A stretch of 64,000 nt of DNA from Macrostomum lignano (taxonomy: Eukaryota), in the NCBI GenBank assembly GCA_002269645.1, contig NIVC01002417.1:112905-176904 (forward strand), read 5' to 3'. The translations under genes were made by a program, and so were the position numbers. The notes below the pieces were generated by a model, which was not told the DNA's origin, made no database searches, and saw nothing but the letters and a program-made list of their open reading frames with translations. Each line of letters opens with the position of its first letter. The first letter of the stretch is position 1. Positions 23,329 through 35,600 of the stretch are shown here, one piece after another.

Positions 23329-24299
23329 TGAAAAAATTCCTGCATTGATTGAATTCGCGCGTATACGAGTAGCACAGATTCTGGTCTGTGAAACTTTTTA
23401 AAGTCTTGCGAATCGAATAGACAAAATGATGTCAATTTCGCTTTCAATGTAGAGGCAATACGGACTTCGTTATTAAAATCATAAATTCTTCTGTATTATA
23501 GGCGTTTAATAGATTATTTCACCATAGATTTGGCATTATTTGTTTTACTTTGCCATTGCTTATTAGCGTTTACCAGGCGTTTGATTTTCTTAGCTAACCG
23601 CAAATATGAATCCGAAAGCATGGTCTTGATTGTATAAATTTAACATAATATTTACGTATATACGTATTGCCTACGGCCCTCTACACGAAAATAAAATTAT
23701 ACGAAAATTAATATGGTGAAATAATCGTGGCATGCGGCACATGTATGAACTATTGGATATTGTTAATTATTTTATGTTAGTTAATTTTTATTTATTTTCA
23801 AATTTAAAAAAATTGTCAGATAGAATCCACTTATTTATTTTGTTAAAGCATAATGCACTCGATCGTACATCTCAGTTATAGTGAACCAAATTAAGTTAAG
23901 TTTAGTGGACCAGAACTAACTTACATACAAGTTACTACAAGTATAATTTAAAGCAAATAATGAGATGGGTGTGGATTCTCTATAGCTTATTGTCTATTGT
24001 CTATTGTCTACTTTGTATATAGCTATATGGATTAAAGTACTCAGACGTGTGTGTTTTAGATTAAAGCATGTACTTTAAATTAGTTTGATCAGATTACTTT
24101 CCGATGATTGTATAACGATTGTATAGATTGTAGCAGGATTGTATAGATAGGAATAAGGGGAACTTCGTCGCAATGTACATTCTTCAAACGTAGATTACCT
24201 GCTGGGCTGGCTTGCTATTGCTAGCTCAATATTATTCGGGGTAGGGGTTGGTTTTTTGTAGGGTCGAGGGGCCCGCGTATGCTGAATGTACAAGAATTG

Positions 24300-24610
24300 A
24301 TTTGTTGAATTGGGGTGGTGGGTGGCGTGGGGCGGCGGGCGTGGGGGGTGGGTTGAAAAGACCGCGACAAACCCTTTTTATACTCTCAGAACAATTTAAT
24401 TGTTTTTAGCTCTAGCAGAAAATCGAAGGAAGCCAGCCGCTCAGCTCAGTGTAGTAGTTAAATTCTCACCCTTTTCGTCGTGACGTGAGCGGCGCGGCGC
24501 GTACATGCAGTATTCTTACGCACGCTATAAACTTGTGTTTGTAGCAAGAAGTTAGAGTAAGCAAGAATTCGCTACAAAAAGCGAGCTGACCCTGACGTAC
24601 TAAGATTTTC
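24300..24610 (+). promoter_or_regulatory. Putative promoter of the Rab-like gene
   Basis: Local CpG-rich patch with a GC box and G-runs (24312-24352) and TGACGT motifs (~24481, ~24593), upstream of a coding exon. Inference only. Confidence 0.35.
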
Positions 24611-24762
24611 AAGGAAAGTTACCTGCAGCTGCAGGCAGGCAGATCAGAGCAGGAGACACATCCGCAACAGCTGCCGAATCCGCGTTGGCATCACAGTCTT
24701 CGACTTTAACAGCTGTCGACGCCAATAAGCAAACCGACAAACCTTCTAAGCGACGGGACAAA

Positions 24763-25017
24763 ATGGAAAACGAAGCTGAGAATGTTGAACTGCAGCTAAT
24801 AAACCAACGACTTGGCTGTAAAGCTGATTTAAAGTTAAAACTACTTGTTGTCGGCTCAAGTCTTGTTGGCAAGACTAGCTTAGTCAGTAGGTTCGATAAT
24901 CCAAAATCGAATATTGACCATCTAAAACGCACGCTGCCCGGCTCCTTTCATCACTTCATTATGCCAGTTGGTGACGGTCGAAATGCTCAAATCAGAATCT
25001 GGGACATGTGCGGGATG
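24763..25017 (+). CDS. First coding exon of a Rab-like small GTPase; downstream exons not securely found
   Basis: LKLKLLVVGSSLVGKTSLVSRF (G1), KRTL (G2 Thr), QIRIWDMCGM|gtaagg (G3 followed by a canonical donor). The frame is open back to 24613. Confidence 0.7.
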
Positions 25018-25099
25018 GTAAGGATCGTTTCACCTATCCAAGTACATCACATGTAGTTTGATGTATATCCGTGATTCTTAGTTTTGAAATTTCGCCTAG

Positions 25100-25272
25100 T
25101 CTTGTCTCTTGTCTAGTAGTCTCATCTAGATCTAGTCTAGTCTCACTCTCGTCTAGTGTAGTCTTATCTAGTTAAGTCTCACCTGCGTATCGGCGTATTG
25201 TCTATTAGTCTCATCTAATCAAGTTTTACTCTCGTCTAGTCTCATCTATAATCTAGCTTAACTCTCGTCTAG
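25100..25272. repeat. Degenerate GTCTAGTCTCA tandem repeat
   Basis: Seen directly. Confidence 0.7.
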
Positions 25273-28200
25273 TTCCACCAGTGAACGAGCCGAGCCCGGC
25301 GCCGCCGAAGGCGGCGTCGGGCGAGAGCGAGAGAACCCGAGGCCCCGCTAGGGGCCGAGGGCGAGTAAATAATTTCTAGAAAGTATTTACGAGTAAATAA
25401 GTTAGACTCCCATGCATTTTTAAATTTCACGTCTTTCGCTAAAAAATGCTCCTGTTTTGCAACCATTGCATCGATTAAGTTGAGTGAGGTGTCGATCGAT
25501 AGAAAACTTTTCAATCTATCGAATGAATATACTTTTAAGTGCAGATATTTTATTACTAAGCTGTAAATTAAGTGGAAATACGATTTTTTCAAAAGTGCTT
25601 CTGGGAGATCTCAAAATTCTGGTACACCTTACGAGATACGGCTTCGACATCTGAGGATCAAAGTTGTAAAATTAAATTTCCTACAAAATGGTATATGGCG
25701 CTTTGATTTATTTCGGCATCTTTATGCAGTTTTGGTGGGTTTTTTGGGTAAAAAATGACCCTCATTTTATTCTTTCGCCACTTTTTCCTACAAAGCTTTT
25801 TGAGTTTGGGCTTCAAAGCAGTCCAGTTAGATGCGCAATGCAAAAATCTACAAGTGTCTAAAGTTTTGTTTTCCTACGATTCTCCAGTGCTGAGAAAATC
25901 GAGAAAAATCGATTTTTCAAAAAATCACATGACTTTCGCATTATTGCTCATTATAATTTTGAGAACATGGTGCGAATAAGCCGATTTCGAATTTCTATAG
26001 CATAGTTGCTGTACTACCCTAGATGAAATCGTCATGCCATTTCTTAGCAGATCTGTCTGGAGCTTCTCGCTACGTTCTTGCAAGAACGTAACAGATCTGC
26101 ACTATTTAAATATATAGGCAGAACTTACAAGATCTGCAGGAAGATCTTGCACGGTCTGCACGAGCAGATCTTAGGAGATCTGGGCAGATCTTGTAAGATG
26201 TATTAAGCTTTACCAATTGAATGCATTGTCCGTCTTATCAAATCTTCCCAGATCTGTTTAGTAATCCATTTATAAAACCCCAATGCACTAATCTAATATT
26301 GTTGTTGTGTTTTTAAATAGTCGGAGTAATAACTTTTGTAAAAGTTCTATGGTCTAATTAACTTTAACTTTCATATAATGAAATGCAAAAGACTACAAAA
26401 AATACTGATCTATAGGCCTATTCTATGTATGCAACTGAATTTCTGAATTATTAATGGATTAATGAATTATTAATGGGCAACATCACTAGGTCTAGACATG
26501 CATTCTGTTTCTATTAAAGCATAGAACAAAGTCATAGGCCTAGGCCTATTCATACTTATAGGCCTGGGAGTAGGAGACAAGCCTAGATATATATATATAT
26601 ATAGATATAGATATATAGCATACATTATAGTCAGTCTGTCAATTATGTCAATTTTTTTTTAATTGATGACGCGATCTGCTCTTCATTTAAAGCCATAGCT
26701 ATACTCAATCAACAGTTATTATGGCTAAAAAATAGTGATACTACACTATGAAACAATTTAAGGAATTAAAAATTACATATTCGGCTAAGTCAAAAGAAAG
26801 AACTGAGATGGATGGATAAATTGCAAGAGCGAGAATTCAAACTATAAGGGTCCACTATGTTCAGAACTGCGGAAAGAATATTTAAACAAATTCATTTACT
26901 GTTGGCTGCCAAAAGAACAACTAAAATAAATACAAATCATTAAAAAACGTAATTACTATTATGTTAAATATTTTGTGGAAAAAAAACAATTCAGACACTT
27001 TTCAAAACTGGTCTGTACAGATCTGCAAGAACTGATCTGACAAGATCCAGCAGAGAAATGTGAAAATATATGAAAGTCTTTTTTCTGATATACAGTTGGA
27101 AATTTTGTTTTCTCTTTACCTAATAAGTATTTTCTAAAAAATCACGAATGTTTTTTACTTACCAAACAATAAAAAATGGCTTGCAAAGATTTGTAAGATC
27201 TTGTAAGACAAAAGCAGATACAGATCTGCTAAGAGATTTAAGTAAGAACAGATCTGTTAAGAATGTGTTAACCAAAATTCACAGATCTTTTAAGAAATTT
27301 AAGCAAGAACAGATCTGCCAAGAATGAGTGAACAGAACTTCATCTAGGGTATATTGGTTTAAATTGCCGCCGTCTGATTTCGCTGCTTTCGGGTTGAAAA
27401 AGCGATCAGAAATCGATAATTTGTGATTTTTGGCTGATTGGGTGCCAGAAAAATGGGTGATTAAATTTTAAAAGAATGGTAGATCAAATGCGGATACTGC
27501 AACGAGTTGTACTAATGTCTGGCTAAAATTGACCAAGATTTTGAGTGTCTGCAACAAGTGCTCATGTGTCAAAAGTGATTGGAAATCGATCAGAGTAGTG
27601 ATTTTTTAATATTTTGCTTTAAATCAGGCAAAAAAACGCAATAGGATGGAATTATTTTTATGACGGCTGATTTCCCACAAAACGAGGCATATTTGTGTGC
27701 AATTTCTAGAGATTCGGTTCATTGGGTAAAAAATTATCAATAAAAAACTGAAAACTTGACTTTTTACTTTTACGTTAGTTCCGGGGCTATTTAAACTGGA
27801 AATGGTAGGAATTTTGCACTGAAACAAATGCACAGTGTTCCATATAGTTAATTTAACAAATTTCTTGAATTTCATAACCATTCGATGTTTTTTTCATGTA
27901 AAAAATGCCTTTTTTGCATCGAAATTCATCAGATTAAGCTGCATACCGCTTTGCATAATTTGCATTTGCATGCGATTGCTTGCATGGCTTTGGCGTTGGG
28001 CTGAGTTAGTCTGGTTAGAAAGGAAAGGAAGGAAGGAATAATCGTACATACAATGTACACTCCCGTCCCTTTTAACTGGGGTTGTGGCGTGTGGGCTTCG
28101 ACCGGAGAGGCGTCAATAGAGCTTCATTTGCTTCGCGCACAGACCAAGGAAAATTAGATCGATAAACGGGCGTCACGTGATTAGAATTTAGAGTTAAATT

Positions 28201-28957
28201 TAGCTCTTTAACTGCACATTTGAATTGCAAGCCCAGTACAAAGTTTGGCGGGTGGCAAGCTCCAAGTCACTACGTGTACAATCCTCCCCCAGACTATAAG
28301 CCAAGGTAAAGACTAAAAGGCTTATGTCCCTTATGAAGTAGCTATGTACAGTGTTTTGGAATGACTTTTATTTATAGCTTTCTTTGCAACCACGTTGAAG
28401 AAGAGGCTTAGGCTTTAGGGTATCTTTAGTGTACTATCTGTTTGAGAGTACGAGTATTGTCCCACAAAACTGGCCTGGCTTTCCAAGCACTTAAGCTGAT
28501 GCCTGATGCTAAGAGGATCTGCGCAGAAACAACCAGCTTAATAGGGTTGTATAACCCTGCTAGCCGCTACGCGCTGGAGAGTGGAGAGTTAAGACAATTT
28601 TTTAGATCGAGGGCCTATTATAGAAGAATCCAGCTCATCGCTGCGGGCCAGCCGGTCAGATGAGACTGAGAGAGGAAATGAAAGAGAATAGAGAGAGAGA
28701 AGAGAAAAGAGAAGATAAAAGATAAGACGAGAGAAGCGAGAGGAGAAGGATGACTGGAGAGATATGATATGAGAGAAACACAACAGGCAGAGACAAAGAA
28801 ATCGGAGAAGTAGAGACTAGAGACTTACATTTTTTGAGTTTCTCAAAGTTCTTTTTCATCAGTACAAAACTAGGTTTGTCAAGTAGTATGAAGACCCACG
28901 TCTATAATGAACCCCGTTCACTGGTGGCAAAAAGACGTGTGCGTCTTCATACTACTT
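25273..28957 (+). mobile_element. Helentron/DINE-like non-autonomous rolling-circle element (tentative)
   Basis: 13-bp inverted repeats CCACCAGTGAACG (25275-87) and CGTTCACTGGTGG (28915-27); GC hairpin 25295-25321; 3' stem-loop AAGACG-TGTG-CGTCTT (28932-47) ending near TT; GA-rich tract 28660-28830; no TSD. Confidence 0.45.
26017..27349. mobile_element. Non-autonomous DNA transposon with CCC...GGG ends and TA TSD (EnSpm/CACTA-like MITE)
   Basis: TA|CCCTAGATGAA...TTCATCTAGGG|TA, with many subterminal CAGATCT palindromic motifs at both ends. Confidence 0.8.
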
Positions 28958-29034
28958 GTATATACATAGTTTATTAACATTGCAAAAAAGTACATTAAGG
29001 CTACATCCATGCAGTTAACTAATTGGAATTAGAC

Positions 29035-29622
29035 TCACTCGGAGTCACTGGAGATAAAATAAGCAACATGATTGTTTTTCTTTTTTGGCGGTTCGCTGGT
29101 TGCCATGGTTGCTGCGCCTGTTCGGCTGCGACTGTCTTTTCCCAGCTTCAAAGTGGCAATCACTCCTAGTTCGACTTCCCTGTAGTAGTAGTAGTCACTG
29201 GACCGCTTATGAACAGGATAAAGAACTTGAATCGAACCTGCAGGCAGTATGATTGATATGTATTCTCAGTTCATATAAAACCAAACACATGCTAATTGAT
29301 GAAGCATGAAATTTAACGTAGAATAAAAAGTGGTCACTATTCTTTACAATAGTGATAAGGCCTAATCTATACCTAGCTAACTTACGCTTTCAGTAAAACA
29401 CAATACAATCAAATAAAAAACTTACAGCGTATGATAGGCAGAAATACGGCACCAAAGGCGAGTGCTTTGTCTTTTAATTCTGAGCCCGACAAAGTGCTGA
29501 GGCCTTTGCCATTATAGTTAACTTTAGTGAGCATTTCAGCCGAGAGCACTTTTCTGACCATGCGACGGATGGTGCTGCTAAAATTGTCACTTTTGCATGT
29601 CAGAAGCCTGTTGAGTGTTGTC
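29035..29622 (-). pseudogene. DUF4806-like transposon accessory gene, last two exons; upstream parts decayed
   Basis: Minus exons 29622-29426 (STIRRMVRKVLSAEMLTKVNYNGKG...KDKALAF) and 29237-29035 (REVELGVIATLKLGKDSRSR) join in phase through a GT-AG intron. The pattern resembles DUF4806 from memory. Adjacent 29650-29760 reads ISHSPMTYLLALLKAKGLSVP, like an EnSpm-type transposase N-terminus; stop-ridden segments lie at 32.2-33.4 kb. Confidence 0.45.
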
Positions 29623-32600
29623 CTGAAATTTATTAATAGTAAAATTGTTAATGCATGAACAGAATGAGGTACTGACAACCCTTTTGCTTTAAAAGGGCAA
29701 GAAGGTAGGTCATAGGTGAGTGGGAAATAATAAAATGAATAAAAATTGTAACAATTCCATCTCTAAGCTTAGGCCGAATTCAGTCTTTGAGCAGTCATAT
29801 TCAGCTTCAGAATCAATACTAGTAGCAGTTGCATTAGTGCCAATGCCTGGGATTGCATTTAGGTCTTATTCTTGCTCAACTTCAAGCTTGTCACTATCAG
29901 TATCATTAAGACAATCCTCAAAAGAAGGACCATTTAGTTCAATATAATCCAACTCAATATCAGAGCTCAGTTCACTTTTCATTGATGATGGCATTAATGG
30001 ATAAGAAAACTAACTCTCATGCTCTGCAACTTCACCAGTTGACATAGGCATAGGCTCATCAAAGTCAAAGTCATACAAGTTTTTTGCAACCACCCAATTA
30101 AAATTTCTTTTGGACATCTTGAATCTAGAACTAAAATATAGATTATAGATATCTTTTAGAGAATTAGTAGAAGCTGCAAGGAAAAAAGAAAGGAAAATGC
30201 AATTGTATTTTTAAAAATTAAACTTGAGATTTTCAAGAGATAGGCCCTAAAACATACAGTCATCAAAATGAGCTATATCAATCACTAGTCTAGCTAGTAG
30301 TAGTAATAATAGGCTATATTAGGCCTTAATAATATGAAAATTTTGAGCTTTAAAATGAAAAACAATAAGGCTACTAATTTAAGTAATTTTACCCATGTAG
30401 GGCATATATAGTCGTCACTGCAGAGTAGGCCCTAAAGCTAAAGTCTAAGAGTAAGCCTGAGTAAGTCTGAGCCTGAGGCCAAAGACCTAATAATAAGGCC
30501 AAAATAAAATAACATAGGCCTAAACAAAACAAAATGGCCAAAGCCAAACAAAACATCCGCAGATTACGATTGTATATGTGAATAAAAATTAGCTGAATAA
30601 GAATCATTACAACTAATTTTCAGCTAAGATTAACTTTTTTCAATGAGTGCGCGACTCGCTGAGTAAAGAAAAAATAGCAATAGGGTCGTTCGCAAATTCT
30701 AGAAGGAGCAAAAATTTTAACAATTTTCCGAACATTTACTATTGTTACTGCCATATTCAAAATAATAGGACACTTTTATCTGTGAATAAAGACAATTTTT
30801 GGGTTGAACTTTATCATGCAAAAGTGTTTTTAATCATCTGGCGGTATTAAGCGATAATTAGCGATGAAAAAATTCAAATTCAATCATTTCACCGATGTTA
30901 ATTTTTGATACTACAAGATGTCAGTAGCTAAAACAAGTTGTTGTTGTGTTGAAACCTTGCTATATTACATTTAAAATGAAAGCTTATATAAATTTAATTT
31001 AAGAATTTTTTAAAGCTCAATAAACTGCACTATAAATGATTTTATAGACGCTTAACTGGACGCCTAGCATTTCCGGTGGGATAGCCTCTTTGCGTCTCAC
31101 AAAATGTATTTTTCAGCTGACGTCTAGAATGTGCGCTTAAAATGATACATTTTGATGCAGATAATTAGAAAAACATGTCTTATTATCTTTTTGTAAAAAA
31201 TTGTTATGAAATAGAGCACTATTATTGATAAAAATAATTAAAAGCAACCATGCATCGCAATTAACTCCTACTTTGAAGCACAAAATAAATATCCTGTAAC
31301 CACACTAGCATTCTCCATGGAGCACCTTTTGAGCTGAAATTTTACACAGATATCCAGTAAAGTAAACTGAGCAAATGATTTTTTTTGTTTTTGAAAATAC
31401 TTCAATTTGGCTATGTATCAGTTAGTTCATTGGACATATTTATTATATTTTTATTAAAATCCTTGTAACCAAGCTACAGAGAAACATGTGCAAAACTGGA
31501 CCTTGAAATTTGACCTGAATGATCAGCAAATGTGTATCTCGAAATGATTTTTTTTGTTTTCATCAAGTCATTCTATGCTAATTTTTTCTGAAGGGAAAGA
31601 TACCATATATTTAGAGTCAATAGGGGAAGCATTTAAACTTATTCAATAGTCATTAAAATTGCAACTATATTATTATAATATAGTAATACTATTATACCTG
31701 TATTATATAGTAATATTAACTTCTAAGATGCCCTTATAAATTTAAGTAAAGACAACAGGCCTTAATTAATTAATCAGCATTTTGAAGAAACTGACCTTAT
31801 ACAGATGGGCCCCAAGCTAAGAAATGAATGTAGAGCTTATTTCGTGTAAGGTATAAAAATCACTTTATTATAATAATAAATACTCCTAATAAATTGGTTA
31901 AATTAGTTATTTACCTTGAATTAATTTAATTTAATAATTAAATATATAAATTTGTTTCACTTCTTACTGCATTTAAATAGAGTACCTCTCTACTATACTA
32001 TAGAAGTATAGTAAAAGTATGGTAAAAAAGTATAGTAAAAAATTTTCTTTAGTTTAATCCCAGCTTGCCTCAGTTTTTTAGTCTTAATACGAGCTAGATA
32101 GTAAGTGTTGATTAATTTGCTCCATCACCTTTTGCCACGGAAACAGCACATGTCGGACATGCAACACTCTTCCTGATCCCTGGATCCAAGATGACTGCTT
32201 CTGCTTCTTCAATGCTTGAAAACTGAGCTCATGGAGCTTTAGGTTATGCTGTCAGAGTGCTGCTGCCGGTGCTGTGTGTGTATGTGTGTGTCTTCTGTGG
32301 GTAGGTTCCCTGTCCCTCAGTTTAGCCACTGTTGTGGGCTAACTGGAGGAATTGCCGTTGTCGGTGCTGCAGGTGGCACTGCATGGTAGTATTGACGCTG
32401 TCAGTGACGCTGGCAAAGGCTTGGACGAAGCTAGGTGCCGTCATTGTCAGAAGGACATGCGTGTGCTGCTTAGACCAGTGCGCACATTCGACTGGACTCG
32501 TATCTGGTGCAGTCTGGTGTATTCACTGAGATTGTGTGGATCTGCCTCCTCGCATCACCTCAACCAGGCTCAATTTCTTTTGTAGAATTTTCGTGCGCTG

Positions 32601-35600
32601 CTTAACTGCATCTTGTGCCTGCTGAGTGATGCCAAGAATTGTGCCACACAATAATTTGGCCCATAAACTACTCGTATATTATACATATGTATGCACAGCA
32701 CACACACACGCAGTTCATTCACATTAAACGTACTAGTTAATGGAATTCTCATCTCATGAGCTCTAGTCTATGGACAAACCTGAAATTACTAGAATATCTA
32801 GACAGATCTAAACTTCTTTGAGCAGCGCGCTGCGCTGCGAGCAAATACATGTAGATTCCTTAGCGCAACTAATTAATAGTGTAGTACAGTCTACAGCCTG
32901 AAGTAGCCTGTGTAAGATGCGGAGGGATGATTTTTGCATAGGAAGCCACTACGGTAAGGTTGATGGAACTATGGGGAGGTGAGAGATTCAAAGCGAGGGA
33001 CGGAAGCCATGCATAGTTCGATCATAAGTTTGATTATTGCATGAGTCTGGGGATGCATTAACGAGAGGCAGACGAGAGCATAGAAATAAAGCGGGCTAAA
33101 TATATTAATACACAAAATTACATGTACTAGCTAGTAATTTCAGAATGGTCAGCGACTCCTCCGATTTGTATCCGCGACCGCGTGCCCACAAATCCCCCGG
33201 CAGACCCTGTCGCAGTTGGTGGTTGTGCACAGAATACAATGTTAATTTTCGAGCTTCTCTGCAAAAAATGCGTGATGCACTCAAGATGTGTGCTATAGTC
33301 TACTTCTTTGATTGATGGCTGGGTTTTGCCTTTTCGCTTGTGATCATCAAAAGCTTGGGCGTCATTGCTACTGGTGTTTCAGTGTGCGCATTATGTCTGG
33401 TTATCATATTATGTGCATGTGCAGTGTCTTTTACCTACATTTTTGTTTGTCTCTGTTTCCTGCATGCTCTTTCGCATTTTTACACCTCGCACATCCTCAT
33501 TTTTCTCAATTAACAAGTGAAATCTTTTCTTAAAGACTAATTGCTATTTTAGTTAAGCTAGTAGGTTTTTGGTATTTAAATAATTCAATTTTGTCTATTT
33601 TCCAAAAAGTTTCAAAAAATGAATTAATTAAAATAAATTTGAATTATTTTAGGTTAATTGGAGTAAAATGTCTAATAAGTAACTATGATTTTTTATTTTA
33701 AGTACATGTAGCTTTGGTATAAGTATTAATGTAATGAGTACTTAAAGTAAAATCAAGCAAGTTATAGTTTTCAGAAATTATGCTACAAATAATCAAATAT
33801 ATACTAGTATCTGAATTCCTTTATTAAGGAACATGCAGTCGATATTAAATCCACAATGTGCTTTTTGGTGTTCAAGGATAGTTCCCTGACTTTTTCTATT
33901 ATTAGTTAGATTTTATTATATTTAAAGTAAAAAATGAACAATTCTATTCAAGGTAAAAATGAACATTCTTTATTTGTCGAATCATCTTGCCTTTGAAAAG
34001 ATACATAGTGAAAACTTGATTTTTAATTCAACCTTTCAAGACTTATTTAGACTTCTCAATTCAGTGATTAGTTAAACTGATCGAAGTTCTTTCGAGTGCA
34101 TGCTATAATAATTTCGCACATTTTCGCACACGATAATTTTAAATGTCTGGGATTTGGAGCAGAGTAACAAAATGCTGTGCTCAAAAACATTTCCTTTGTC
34201 AATTTCTTGTTCTTTTATTTTTGCAAAAGAAATTTAACTGCATATTTAAAATAAAAATGGAAGAAAATTTTATTTTCTCTTTAATATTTTTGTCGTTTAT
34301 TTTCCGCAACAAAGAATAACAAATAGCCTTGATTTCTTCTCAATTTCAAGTTTTCTTGTGGTTTTAGTAGCAGCTTCTTACAGAAATTGTCAAAAGAATT
34401 TTTTTTGTACGATTATTGGTCGATGTATAAACTTTTTTGCAATAACAAAAAGCTGTGACCTAGCTTTGAGAACGACCCAAATAATGATTTTAAACTTTTA
34501 ATTTTGAAATGCTCAAGGCACGATAAAACTGACTATAACAAAACATCAATAAAATTTCTGAAAACTTTCAACTTTGCTGTATTTTATGAGGATTGGTGAC
34601 AAAATGTGTATTTATAGTTATTTTCTACATAATAAAAATAATCGAGTAACACTTATGATAGTTACATATACTTTTTACCTGTTCTACCTGGGTGATTCTC
34701 ATCGAGAGGTTTTGGAGGTTTTGAGGTTTTTCAGAGGTTTCATTTCGAACAAATATTTTTGCACAAAAATTTTAATACTGTACAAAAATTAAAATCTTAC
34801 TGAAATTTACTAATGAATACAAATTTTCTTTAGAATATAGCTCGGAGGTTTTGGATTCTTTTTAATTTTTCTTCTGATAGGCACGCGCGGAAATTATTTA
34901 ACTTAGGCAACTATTTTATGCTAAAAGAAAGTGTTTTTTTAAAAACACTGCACGCAACACAACACACTGGTAATGTCATCGTTGCCATTGGCATTTACAT
35001 TCAAGGTGCAAAAACAAAATAAAAAATATTCGACTTAAAGGCGCTGCTTGAAATATACTGAAAACATATAGACAGCTGTTTCATCCATTTCCTGTTTTTA
35101 CTTTTGAGTGCTGCATACCATTTTGCATTCGAATTATGTAATGACATTGACGACCTGCATGCATACTGCCTCAGAGAAGTAAATAGAATTATTCTTGTCA
35201 CTATGTTTTTGATAAATATATGATAGCCTAGAATTACAAGTATGTATTTTTATTACTTAAAGCAGAGCATTTAACTTTTAATCATAAAATTTATAAAATA
35301 ACACTAGTTGCACAACTGCTACTGCTGACAAAAGCTCTAACACCTTAGATTTAGTTCTTATACAAACAAAATGCTTGCAGTAAGACTTTGTACATGTATT
35401 GCACCACCTTTGTTTGATGCTAAAAATATAAGTTGAGCAATAAGCTAGATAGCCGATACCAATATTTTTACTAGAGTTAAAACTAAAAAGTCATTGGACA
35501 CATTTTTGACATTGTTTATTTAAAAATATCATAATTTCTTCAATATAAATGTATTATTGGCATCTTTAAAGATTGCAAAAACAAATGTATAGGAAAATCA

